The notes: generated by a model not told the origin, from the letters alone. Positions 46,176 to 59,867 are shown, numbered from the stretch's first letter. The stretch is 64,000 nt of DNA from Octopus vulgaris (GCA_951406725.2 OX597824.1:17484001-17548000), one strand, 5' to 3'. Numbers and translations are program-made.

Positions 46176-46647
46176 TTTATTTCATAAAGGGCGAATATAT
46201 GTTGAAGGAAAGTCGCCTGATGTTTCTAGCTTATCAAGCGACCACATATTTAGGTTCTCATTTGCTGCTTTTAAATAAATTGTATGATTTGGATACCCAG
46301 TTTAGTTTCAGTTACACAAGCTGAAATATTAGACAAATTTGCTTTTCGTTTTACTCATCCTGTCGTTGTTCACATTGACACATTATTGCTGCTAGTTTTA
46401 CAGTTTATTCTCTTAACATTTAACATTAATTTCCTTATGATGAACAATAATCCTGCTGACGCATGTTTATTATTGTGGTTAATGTCTAAGAAATATATTT
46501 CCCTATGGACACATTGCTGGTTCATAACAGCTATAAAATAACCTCAATGGTTTCTTCTTTACGATTACAAATCTAAGCAGACATGATGCGATAACTATAA
46601 ACTCTAAAGTTAACGTCTCTATAGAATATAAATCATTCTTTTAGGCA

Positions 46648-47050
46648 TTGTGGCTGTGTGGTAAGTAGCTTGTTTACCAACCACATGGTTCCGGGTTCAG
46701 TCCCACTGCGTGGCATCTTGGGCAAGTGTCTTCTGCTATAGCCCCGGGCCGACCAATTCCTTGTGATTTGGTAGACGGAAACTGAAAGAAGCCTGTCGTA
46801 TATATGTATATATATGTATATGTATGTTTGTGTATATGTTTGTGTGTCTGTGTTTGTCCCCCTCGCATTGCTTGGCAACCGATGCTGGTGTGTTTACGTC
46901 CCTGCCACCTAGCGGTTCGGCAAAAGAGACCGATAGAATAAGTACTGGGGCTTACAAAAGAATAAGTCCCGGGGTCGATTTGCTCGACTAAAGGCGGTGC
47001 TCCAGCATGGCTGCAGTCAAATGACTGAAACAAGTAAATGAGTAAAAGAG
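46648..47050 (+). mobile_element. SINE-C, full length, short internal tract
   Basis: Colinear with 1656-2101 and 59397-59803. Confidence 0.92.
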
Positions 47051-47213
47051 CATTACATTAGAGATAAATAGAACACGGAGAAAATGGGTCCAGAAACATC
47101 TATGGAGGTACCGTATTAAGTATAAGCAAAACTCAAAACCAAACTGTCAGATACATCAGTATAGTGTGACATGTAGCTCTATGCCATTCACACCATACTT
47201 TTAAAGACTTAGT

Positions 47214-47597
47214 GGAAGCACTCCGTCGGTTACGACGACGAGGGTTCCGGTTGATCCGAATCAACAGAACAGCCTGCTCGTGAAATTAACGTGTAAGTGG
47301 CTGAGCACTCCACAGACACGTGTACCCTTAACGTAGTTCTCGGGGATATTCAGCGTGACACAGAGAGTGACAAGGCCGGCCCCTTGAAATACAGGTACAA
47401 CAGAAACAGGAAGTAAGAGTGAGAGAAAGTTGTGGTGAAAGAGTACAGTAGGGATCACCACCATCCCCTGCCGGAGCCTCGTGGAGCTTTAGGTGTTTTC
47501 ACTCAATAAACACTCACAACGTCCGGTCTGGGAATCGAAACCGCGATCCTATGACCGCGAGTCCGCTGCCCTAACCACTGGGCCATTGCGCCTCCAC
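47214..47597 (-). mobile_element. SINE-A, tail type 2, full length
   Basis: Perfect 17-bp TSD ACTTTTAAAGACTTAGT (47197-47213, 47598-47614). Confidence 0.94.
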
Positions 47598-48109
47598 ACT
47601 TTTAAAGACTTAGTAGGGGAGTAAAGAACAGTGCTACTGCCACATTTAAAAGACTTTGGAACTAATGACGCGAAAGAAGGGGGTAATTCAGAGATCTCAG
47701 ATGTGGTCGGAATGCTCGACATGCAAGTTACACGCGGTTATATATGAATGGAGTAGTGGTTTGAACCACCGACCATCGATGCAAAAAAAAAAAGCAAAGC
47801 TGACCGCGGCAGGATTGGAACTCGGAAAGTACAGAACCGGAAGAAATACCACAAAGAATTTTAGCTGACGCGATTGCGTTTCTGCCAACAGCAATGAACA
47901 ATAGTAGATAAATATGAGGAGTAGGTAAGAATTGAACTATGAATCACTATTCCAAAATATACACTAACAAAACAAGATCTCTTTTTGTTTTGTTCCTTTT
48001 AGTGGCCAGCGACATCTTGAGAGATGTAAGTATCTGTAGATAAATATTTCTGAAACGTCGCTATTGTCAACAAGAGCGAAATGACAACAATAAAACAGGA
48101 AATAACGAT

Positions 48110-48665
<556 letters not shown>

Positions 48666-49057
48666 AATGTTGCAACAACAGCAGATACATCGTTCCTAAG
48701 AGAGAGAGAGAGAGAGACCAAAAAAAAAAGGCACAAGAAAACACGCGTTAGCAGAAGAATTATTAGAATTCCTTAAGAGCTTTGCGAAAGTTTATTGCTT
48801 GCGGTTCGTTGTATGTTGATTATATCCACTACACAGTGTAAATTCTATTCATTAAGAGCAGTCGTTTTCGACTATGGAGTCTTAGAACTTTCTCTCTGAG
48901 AACGGTCGTGTGTGTGTGTGAGGAAATTTGATATAGAAATTCGATGGTTATTCATGATTAGGGGAGAATGTGTAATTAAATGCACAGAATGGCAGAATAG
49001 CAATACCCTTGCGTGAGTGTCACACTGAACGACAAACGTGTGTGTTCATCTAGGCAC

Positions 49058-49095
<38 letters not shown>

Positions 49096-49100
49096 GAATA

Positions 49101-49136
<36 letters not shown>

Positions 49137-49191
49137 TATATAAATGCATATATATATATATCTCCTTATATACATGAATATACATATATAC

Positions 49192-49247
<56 letters not shown>

Positions 49248-49669
49248 GTGTAAATATATATGTATATGCATATATGCATATGTATATAAATATGCAAGTA
49301 CGTATGCATGTGTGTATACATATTATAGATTTATAGATAAATGAGTATATATATATATATATACACACACAAAATATACATATGTATTATGGATGTATGT
49401 ATGCTGGCACTGACATACGTATGTGCATACATGCATGTATATATGCATATGTGCATGTGCATGTGCGTGTGTATGAGTGTATATGAGCGTGCATGTATGT
49501 ATATATATATATATATATATATGTATATACATGTAAGTATATATGCTTACGTACATATACTAATATATATATATATATATATTTATATGTGTATATATAT
49601 ATAAATAGATAGATAGATATACATATTTATACAAATAATATATATCTATATACACAAGTGAGTATATAG

Positions 49670-49728
<59 letters not shown>

Positions 49729-50231
49729 ATGGCTAGGTGATTTTGCGAACATAGTGTATGTATGTGTATTTTTATTTTACGCTAATAGAAACTCCCATTC
49801 GCTCCTAAAGTCTGTATAACGGCATAAACACGACACATCTTAATGGATATATCTATTGTCATCACAAATGGCGCATTAGATTAAACAGCTACAATAATGA
49901 GAACGGCTTCGAATGCTGCCATGAAAAAGAAGAAAAGTCACTCTACAAGATGGCGTACTCGAGTTAAACAAATAGATAAATAACAAGAGAAACCAGTACG
50001 TCAACAATAACAACTAATGCAACAACAACGGAAGCAGCAACAACAACAATGAAAACAACCCAATTAAGAGGAATAAATCGAAGAAAATTACAATCATAAG
50101 AATCGACAGTAAAGATCAACATTTTCGCAATAGTAATAAAGGTCAGGAGTGACTGCATTGGACCTGGTGCATTATTTGTGTCTATGTGTACGGTGTATGC
50201 CTTTATGTATTTAGGTCTGTATGCATGTATG

Positions 50232-50265
<34 letters not shown>

Positions 50266-50438
50266 TGTATGTATGTATGTATGTATGTATGCATGCATGT
50301 ATGTGTTCCCCTAACTTCTCTCTCCCTCTCCCCTTCTCACTATTTATCTATGAACAATCTATATATCCACATAAAACATACAAACACATACGTATATATA
50401 TATATATATATATTTGCATGCATGTATATATATACATA

Positions 50439-50489
<51 letters not shown>

Positions 50490-50609
50490 GCATAGATATA
50501 GACGTACATATATATATACACATATATATATATACATATATAAATATATATATATATGAACATGGAAACATTTGCATGATTATACATATATACATATACA
50601 TATACATAC

Positions 50610-50643
<34 letters not shown>

Positions 50644-50828
50644 CTGTGTGTGTGTGTGTATGTATGAATGTATGTGCGTATGTATGTGCGCCTGCATGTA
50701 TATGGAAGGTATATAGTTAATGGAATATTTCCTGCTTTTAAATAGTAAAAGTAACATTTTAGATTACCTGCAGTAAAATCAATTATGTGAATGTTCATTG
50801 AAAACCTTATGAATGAATATTTATACAA

Positions 50829-50938
<110 letters not shown>

Positions 50939-51569
50939 GTATATATATAAACATATATGTATGTATGTATGTATATATATATATACGTATGTGTATATAT
51001 GTATTCACTATTATAATTCTGTTTACTGTATGCACGGCGAAGGACACGTGTTCAAACGGTTGTGAGAACTTCTTCAGATGTTTAATGCTATTTTAATTTC
51101 TTTCTTCATCTTTTCATTTCAATCTAATATTGATTTGTTGTGTAATTTCAAAGTCATAAAGGTTGATGAAAGAAGGAAAATTGGATGTTGTGGCATTGAT
51201 GTATTTTTCAAGTTTTGGAAACTGCGCGCACGTGTGGAGGTTTTGGACACCTTTTGATTATAAGTTTCTTTTTTTGTTCGTTTGTTTGTTCTTTTTCTCT
51301 TTTGTTTATTTCTGTGATTCTGTGAATACCGAATGTAACGTTAATTTTTCTTATGACTATTGGAAAATTCAGTCGATGAAAGAAAGAACCTGTCAAGTAC
51401 TGATGTCGGTAAAATTATCTGTTACGCTCTCGCTAAAAGCCTGGCCCTCTCCCTCTTTTAGTCTTTTACTTGTTCCTGTCATTTGACTGTGGCCATGCTG
51501 GAGCACCACCCTTAATCGAGCAAATCATCCCCAGGACCTATTATTAGTACTGATCCTATCGGTCACATT

Positions 51570-51830
51570 TACCAGGATCTGCTGATCGTCAGATTAAGAA
51601 AAACATATTGTCAAGGTATCAGTCGCTCTCCGGCAGGTTTATGGTCGAACCTGTGGCAGTTGAGACCTCCGTCGTTCTTGGCCGCTGGACCATATCTCTG
51701 CTCACCCCTATCGGGGCGGAGATTACTGTGCGCAACTGCGATCCCCGTGATTCAGAGTGGTTCTTCTACTGCCTCTCCCTCTCTATCTTCCGAGGCAACG
51801 CCTTTAACATTTTGCTTGCTGGTACCTTGA
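51570..51830 (+). pseudogene. C-terminal restriction-like endonuclease region of a CRE-like non-LTR retrotransposon
   Basis: RYQSLSGRFMVEPVAVETSVVLG..IGAEITVRNCDPRDSEWFFYCLSLSIFRGNAFNIL resembles the recalled KY..L..F.PVAVET.G..GDPR..QRLS.AIQRGNA consensus. Confidence 0.75.
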
Positions 51831-51834
51831 GAAA

Positions 51835-52433
51835 AGCGGTGAGCTGGCTGAAACGTTAGCACGCCGGGCGAAATGCTGAGTGGTATTTTGTCTGCCGTTA
51901 CGTTCTGAGTTCAAATTACACCGAGCTCGATGTTGCCTTTCATCCTTTCGGGGTCGATAAATTAAGTACCAGTTACGCACTGTGGTCGATATGATCGACT
52001 TAATCCGTCGGTCTGTCATTGTTTGTCCTCTCTGTGTTTAGCCCCTTGTGTGTAGCAAAGAAATTGGTATTTCCTCTGCCGTTACATTCTGAGTTCAAAT
52101 TCCGCTGAGGTCGACTTTGCCTTTCATCCTTTCGGGGGCGATAAATTAAGTACCAGTTACGAACTGGGGTCGATATAATCGACTTAATCCGCCTATCTGT
52201 CCTTGTTTGTTCTCTCTGTGTTTAGCCCCTCGTGTGTAGTAAAGAAATTGGTATTTCCTCTGCCGTTACGTTCTGAGTTCAAATTCCGCCGAGGTCGACT
52301 TTGTCTTTCATCCTTTCGGGGGCGATAAATTAAGTACCAGTTACGAACTGGGGTCGATATAATCGACTTAATCCATCTGTCTGTCCTTGTTTGTCCTCTC
52401 TGTGTTTAGCCCCTTGTGGGTAGTAAAGAAATA
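51835..52433 (+). mobile_element. SINE-B trimer (all tail-1)
   Basis: Junctions at 52066 and 52250 (184-bp period); perfect 14-bp TSD GGTACCTTGAGAAA (51821-51834, 52434-52447). Confidence 0.95.
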
Positions 52434-52850
52434 GGTACCTTGAGAAATGTTTCATATATTGTGAGAAGCAGATGGATGTCTCTGTTACACATGTGAACAG
52501 CAGCTGCCCAATGAGGATACTACCTTCCGATGCGGTATGATATCATTAAAACAATATACAAGATGCAGAGTCATAACGTAAATAGAGACGACTTCCGAAG
52601 ATGAATTTCAGCATTTTGCATTTTTTATTGTATGTTATTAGTTCAGAAGCGCGTCGGTTCAATTTTGACTCTCATTGTTTACAATAGTTCAAATAAGGGG
52701 CGAGTTTGTTCCATTCAGTGACTTTATTTACTTCATTAGTACTATTTGGCTGTGTGATTTCTAACGTCCATCTGATTGATGCGTTATTTTGGCTAATGAC
52801 CCGATAAGTCAAGAAATACTGCACTAGAGATGAAGAGAGAACACGCACGC

Positions 52851-52887
<37 letters not shown>

Positions 52888-53205
52888 AACACACACACAA
52901 ACACACACACACACTCATTTATAGAGGCTAATATCGAAAATTTGAGAATGAGCCCTCAACACCGCACTGGTGGATAAATATTTTCCTTTCTATGTTAACA
53001 AGGTTACCAATTGTTTCATGTAATGGGAATCTCTTAACAATTATCAAGTGTTCTACTTAGCAACGTTGGCACTCGACTCCATAATGGAAATGTGAATCAA
53101 ATTTCCCATATGGCAGGCTTGATAACAGTTGTAGGCTTGGTAAGCAACAGATGAATGAATATATATATGAATAAATAAATGTATGTATGCATATACATAT
53201 AAATA

Positions 53206-53278
<73 letters not shown>

Positions 53279-53319
53279 CATATATATATATACGTATATT
53301 TACATACGTACAACTATAC

Positions 53320-53404
<85 letters not shown>

Positions 53405-53616
53405 TATATACGTATATTTACATACGTACAACTATACGTATATATATATACATTTATATATATATATATCACCGGGATCACCGTGTCTGACCAGGCTATC
53501 AGATGTTACTACACGTCGCTGGTCACAATGCGCTTCGCATTGTTTTAGCCTTTAAATGACGCCACCCCGTTGGCTAAGCGAGCAGGCCAATATATATATA
53601 TATATATATATATATG

Positions 53617-53840
53617 ATTGATTTAATATATGACATAGTGTGTATCGTTGGAGAATTTTTTTCCTCCGTCTTCCCTTCCTTGGATCTTTCCTTCTCCTAT
53701 ATTTCCGACGAAGAGCTCCGCTCGAAACGTTAAACCCTCCGTCTTTCCTTCTTTCCTGAGCGTCCAATAATACTATACTTGTTCTACGTCCCCGCGTTGT
53801 TGTGTTTTCTCTTTGTGTTTTCATGTTTGGATTAACTATA
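53617..53840 (+). mobile_element. Penelope-like pseudo-LTR fragment in (TA)n
   Basis: Contains hammerhead motif; shares ends with 21527-21600. Confidence 0.7.
53701..53735 (+). ncRNA. Minimal type I hammerhead ribozyme variant
   Basis: TTT-CCGACGA-A-GAGC(TCC)GCTC-GAAA-CGTT-AAA; U4 changed to C; palindromic AACGTT in place of stem III. Confidence 0.68.
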
Positions 53841-53850
53841 TATATATATA

Positions 53851-54200
53851 TCCTTAAATCCTTAATCCTTAAAAATATTTTAGCCCGAAGGCCGCGGCCA
53901 TGCTGGGGCACCACCGCTGAATGAGCTACACTAGTTTGTGAATCCACCTCTGATACGTGGCACTTGATCAACAAGGGAGTTCGATGCTGCTGCCCGCATC
54001 CGTGTCTCCTGTCGTGAGGTAGGTTCATCTGGGACTCCCAACAAGAAGAGATCCAGTTTAGTTTTAAAGAAACCCACATCCACACCATGTAAGTCTCTCA
54101 GGCATTTAGGGAGGATGTTAAAGAGCTGTGGTCCTCTGAAACCCAAGCTGTTGCAGTATCTGGACCTGTATTTTGATGGTGATGTTGGAATCCTTGGCAT
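53851..54200 (-). mobile_element. CR1-group LINE 3' end
   Basis: NSLGFRGPQLFNILPKCLRDLHGVDVGFFKTKLDLFLLGVPDEP..SNSL; UTR GGTGCCCCAGCATGGCC; (TTAAGGAT)n tail. Confidence 0.88.
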
Positions 54201-54281
54201 ATATGTTGGAATATATATATACATATATATATTATTTATATTCTTTTGTGATTGAACGCCACGCATTCTCTTGCAAGTAAG

Positions 54282-54344
<63 letters not shown>

Positions 54345-54814
54345 TATATATATATATATATGCATATATATATATGATAATGTGCATAAATGTGAATGTC
54401 CAAAATAAAGAATTGCTGACTGAAAGATAGCAATTCTTGAAAAATGTCACTGGGCTACATTACAATGTTAGGCGTAAAGAAATATTTCTCGCAACAACAA
54501 TTCTAGCAGGAGATATATTGCGTTGACCTTTGTAGCTGACATCAAATGCTTTTATAAATAGCGGGCGCTAATAAACCAATAAAGACGTCTACATGCCTTC
54601 ACTTATACCACAATAGTTTTATGGGTTATTAAACCATCATTGAAACAACTGCATAATTTGTTCGTACAGATTAGTAACACTCGACAGATCGCCGTCTATA
54701 ATTTTGTGCCTGGCCTGCAGCACAATTTACTGAAGAAAGGGGGAGTAATCGGCGTAGTAATAATTTCTGAAAAAGTGAACATTTTAGCGAACTGTCCACT
54801 AACTGTGTAATATA

Positions 54815-55046
54815 TATTTCTTTATTGCCCACAAGGAGCTAAACACGGAGGGGGACAAACAAGGACAAACAAAGGGGTTAAGTCGATTACATCGACCCCA
54901 GTGCGAAACTGGTACTTTATTTATCGACCCCGAAAGGATGAAAGGCAAAGTCGACCTCGGCGGAATTTGAACTCAGAAGGTAACGACACACGAAATACTG
55001 CTAAGCATTTCGCCCGGCACGCTAACGTTTCTGCCAGCTCGCCGCC
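54815..55046 (-). mobile_element. SINE-B monomer, full length (tail-1)
   Basis: TSD TAACTGTGTAATATA on both sides; best reference copy of the family. Confidence 0.95.
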
Positions 55047-55680
55047 TAACTGTGTAATATAGCTTGTGCTTTATCACAGAATGAAGCAACTGACAGATGT
55101 CGAATTATTCTCACACCTGAATTATGATACAACTGGTTGATTAGGATCTGCTAAGCCACTCAGGTGTCTGATGGCTATGTAATTTATACAACCCATCTAT
55201 AAATACAAGCAAACCTAGGCTAGAGATGGATATTTCATAACCCTTCCCGGCATATCTGTCTCGGGCAATAGAATTTGCACCATTGAGTTGTTGCTACCAA
55301 CTTTCACAGGCTGTAAACTCTCCAGCTGACATGACTAGGATGGATGGATGGATGGATGGAGGATGGATGGATGGATGGATGAATGGATGGAAGGATGGAT
55401 GGATGAATTGGATGGATAGATGGATGGATAGCTGGATGGTTATCATTTCCCAAATAAATCTTCTTGTCTTCTCTAGTGTCGTCCAAAAGAGTATAGAGTA
55501 ATACGTTTGGCAATTGTTTGGCAACAGTTTGTTTATAGTTTGACTGGAAGAGATGCAAACAAAATGAAGAGTCGATCCACAAACGAGCTTAAGGGTTCCA
55601 CACTGCATTTATTACAAGGTTTACGCTATAAGCTTTGTCTCGTACGGGAGGGAAGTTATTTGCCTAGAACTGAGTATCAT

Positions 55681-55789
55681 GACAAGTACAAACAAGAGAT
55701 CATACCTACCAAAGAAGAAGAAGAAGAAGAAGAAGAAGAAGAAGAAGAAGAAGAAGAAGAAGAAGAAGAAGAAGAAGAAGAAGAAGAAG

Positions 55790-55820
<31 letters not shown>

Positions 55821-55876
55821 GAAGAAAAAGAAGTAGAAGAAGAAGAAGAAGTAGTTGTAGAAGAAGAAGAAGAAGA

Positions 55877-55923
<47 letters not shown>

Positions 55924-56411
55924 CAGTAGTAGTAGTAGTAGTAGTAGAAGAAGAAGAAGAAGAAGAAGAAGAAGAAGAAGAAGAAGAAGAAGAAGAAGAA
56001 GAAGAAGAAGAAGAAGAAGAAGAAGAAGAAAAGACAACAAAAGCTATAAAGCAAATTAAATCAAAACTAAAACTAGAACAGCAACGGACCATGATAAAGC
56101 GATGGCAAGAAAAGACCCTTCATGGCAAGTACTGGACTAAACTAAATGCAAAAGAAATAGACAAAGAAAAACTCCAGCAATGGTTGAGAAGCTCAGGACT
56201 CAAAGCAGAGACAGAGGGTTTTTTAATTGCAGCACAAGTCTAAAGCCTCCCCACCAGAAATTACCAAAAACATGTAATGAAAAGAAATATAGCAAGTAAC
56301 TGCAGAATATGTGGAGATGGACAAGAAACAATAAATCATATTATCTCTGGCTGCCCAGTCCTGGCTAAGAAGGAATATATTCACAGACACGACAGAGTTG
56401 GGACCTACATC
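55681..56411 (+). pseudogene. R4/Dong-like retrotransposon C-terminal fragment, with adjoining (GAA)n(GTA)n tract 55714-56030
   Basis: WQEKTLHGKYW..IDKEKLQQWLRSSGLKAETEGFLIAAQV*SLPTRNYQK..CRICGDGQETINHIISGCPVLAKKEYIHRHDRV (CCHC plus RHD); left boundary uncertain. Confidence 0.88.
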
Positions 56412-56717
56412 ATGACCAACCATTGGATTGCACCTAGAAAGTTACCCTCCCAGGCACAACCGGGCAAGGTTGTTTATGGAAGACCAGCATACAGGCGTCC
56501 CCCTCCCCTCGCCACCAGTGTTATCCAAGGGAAAAGCAAAGGGGCCGATACAGATTGGCACCTGTGACGTTGCAACTCACTTCTGAAGCTGAGTGGACTG
56601 GAGCAACGGGGAAATAAAGTGTCTTGCTCAAGAACACGACACGCAGCCCGGTCCGGAATTCGAACTCACAATCTCACGATCGTAAACCCGACGCTCTAAC
56701 CACTGAGCCATGCGCCC

Positions 56718-56718
<1 letters not shown>
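56412..56718 (-). mobile_element. SINE-A-related CORE-like SINE with a further tail type
   Basis: Head GGCGCATGGCTCAGTGGTTAGAGCG..GAGTTCGAATTCC; GTTCTTGAGCAAGACACTTTA..GCTCCAGTCCACTCAGC. Confidence 0.82.
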
Positions 56719-56719
<1 letters not shown>

Positions 56720-56755
<36 letters not shown>

Positions 56756-57094
56756 TATACGTGCAGGTATGTATGTATGCATGTATATAGGTGAGTATGT
56801 ATGTTTGCATGAATGGATGTATGTATGCGTGTATGTATGCGTGTATGCATGTATGTATGTATCTATCTATCTCTCCATCTATCCATCTGTCCATCCATCC
56901 ATCTATCTATTTATCTATCTATCCACCTAGCCATATGTCTATCTATCTATCGATTGATCGATCTATCTATCCATCTATCTGTCTATCTATCCATCTATCT
57001 TTTTATATATCTATCTTTCTATCTATCTACATATCTACGCATACTGCATGTATGTATGTATGTATGAATGTATGTATGTATGAATGTATGTATG

Positions 57095-57125
<31 letters not shown>

Positions 57126-57409
57126 TGTATGTAAGCATGTATGTATGCATGTATGTATGTATGTATATATGTATGTAATGTATGTATGTGTGTATGCATG
57201 TATGAATGCATGTATGTATGTATGTATGTATGTATGTATGTATGAATGTATGTATGTATGTATGAATGTATGTATGTAAGCATGTATGTATGCATGTATG
57301 TATGTATGTATGTTTGTATCTATGTATGTATGTATATATGTATGTAATGTATGTATGTGTGTATGCATGTACGTATGTATGTATGTATGTATGTACGTAT
57401 GAATGTATG

Positions 57410-57440
<31 letters not shown>

Positions 57441-57470
57441 TGTATGTATGTATGTATGTATGTATGTATA
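56720..57470. repeat. (TATG)n/(TATC)n tract adjoining an old SINE-C head (57470-57625, minus)
   Basis: Direct inspection. Confidence 0.9.
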
Positions 57471-57906
57471 CAACGGTCTCCTTTTAGTTGCCGTCTGCCA
57501 TATTCGTTTGCATGTTTTAGGTCGGCCCGCGGTTATAGTAGAAGACAATTGCCGAAGTCACCACGCGGTCGAATTGAGCCCCAAACCATGTGGTTGGACA
57601 GCAAGCTTCTTACACCCAAGCGACGCATACATACATACATACATAAATACATGTACGTTTGTATTCCTCCATCTGCGCGCGCTTGCGTGTGTATATGTTT
57701 GGGCGCGCGCGTTTATATATATATGATATATGTGAGATGTAATGTTAACCGTTCGTTCCAAATTTGTGCACTGTCAGTGAAACTGTAATTTCGTTCCACA
57801 TTCCTCTCTCTCTCTACTTTCTATTTTTTTTGTTTTTATTTCCTCACCCCGCCCCCTTTTTTCCCTTTCCTATGTGCTTTGAGTGTGCTTATATGAGTCT
57901 AATATT

Positions 57907-57951
<45 letters not shown>

Positions 57952-58251
57952 GATTGTACGTCTATATGTGTGTTTGTGTTTGTGTGTATGTGTGTGTGTG
58001 TGATCCTAGACTGGAAATTGACAACACAGAGCTTTTTTTTTTTTTTTTTATGGGTCAAGCTATATGCGTGGGAACATGTCAGCAGATTGTTGCAGGGTGT
58101 GTCTCCTGATTAGAGTGACACAAAGCAAGGTCGGTCTGACTGTAGGTCTTAGGGCAGGCGGGGTTACACCGTTTTGGCTTTTTTTTGCGCGTCTGTGGTG
58201 TTATTACTGTAATTTTTTTACTAGTCATATTATCACTTATTATTATTATTG

Positions 58252-58328
<77 letters not shown>

Positions 58329-58466
58329 TGATTTTGTGATGTGTTGTTTTGTTATTTTGGCAGTAGGGGTTTTCTGCTTTTTCTAAGAACATGTTGGGAC
58401 ACTTGTCTACGTCTGGGAGACATAACATTGCTGACATAGTGAAGTGTAATACACATGTGTATAAAA

Positions 58467-58518
<52 letters not shown>

Positions 58519-58618
58519 TCACAGACATATATGTATTGACACACACACACACATATATAAATACATATATATACACACATGTATGTATATATATATATAT
58601 ATACTTACATGTATATAT

Positions 58619-58687
<69 letters not shown>

Positions 58688-58889
58688 GATAGATATAGAT
58701 ATAAATATATATATATGTAAACATATATACACAGACTCACACAATATATACACATACATACATGCGCAAACATATTCATGGAATCTTCTTATATATGCAT
58801 ATATATATATATATATATATAATATATATATAAATATACGTATATATATATATATATACATACATATATATACACATATATATATATAC

Positions 58890-58947
<58 letters not shown>

Positions 58948-59281
58948 GCATATATATATATATATATATACACAACGACACATGGATACATTTATAAATA
59001 TATTTACATGTATTAACATACGTATGTGTTTGTGTGCATTCCTCTGTGTGTGTGTGTGTGTCTGTCTGAACGTCGTCTGTAGATAAATGTCGTTTGACTG
59101 CCGGATCATATTTCAACAATGTGTTGCTACTTTAAGTAGAAACAGAATGTTGTATGCACTTATAAGTGACCTGATTCTAATAACGTTTCGTTCACTAATA
59201 TCTTTGTAAATCTGTATGAACGATTCCATGTTTAATATCGACTCTTTTTTTTTTTCATAAAATCCGATTTAATTAGTCATT

Positions 59282-59370
59282 TACGTGGTCTGATCAATAA
59301 GTATCCGGATTGTTGCCGTAGTAATGAAACTAAAGCACGCTGAGTGAAGCCGCATGGCATGAATTGACCC
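59282..59370 (+). mobile_element. Possible mariner terminal fragment
   Basis: TACGTGGTCTGATCAATAAGTATCCGGA resembles a mariner TIR; partner end not found. Confidence 0.45.
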
Positions 59371-59396
59371 TAAGCTCTGCTGTATATATGCACTAA

Positions 59397-59803
59397 GCGC
59401 AGGAGTGGCTGTGTGGTAAGTAGCTTGCTAACCAACCACATGGTTCCGGGTTCAATCCCACTGCGTGGCATCTTGGGCAAATGTCTTCTGCTATAGCCCC
59501 GGGCTGACCAATGCCTTTGTGAGTGGATTTGGTAGACGGAAACTGAAAGAAGCCTGTCGTATATATGTATATATATATATATATGAGTGTGTGTTTGTGT
59601 GTCTGTGTTTGTACCCCTAGCATTGCATGACAACCGATGCTGGTGTGTTTACGTCTCCGTCACTTAGCGGTTCGGCAAAAGAGACCGATAGAATAAGTAC
59701 TGGGATTACAAAGAATAAGTCCCGGGGTCGATTTGCTCGACTAAAGGCGGTGCTCCAGCATGGCAGCAGTCAAATGACTGAAACAAGTAAAAGAGTAAAG
59801 AGT
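59397..59803 (+). mobile_element. SINE-C, full length
   Basis: Colinear with other copies. Confidence 0.93.
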
Positions 59804-59807
59804 AATA

Positions 59808-59867
<60 letters not shown>

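Noticed and set aside
53279-53445. Duplicated CGTATATTTACATACGTACAACTATACG within (TA)n
   Set aside because: Ordinary slippage duplication inside a microsatellite.
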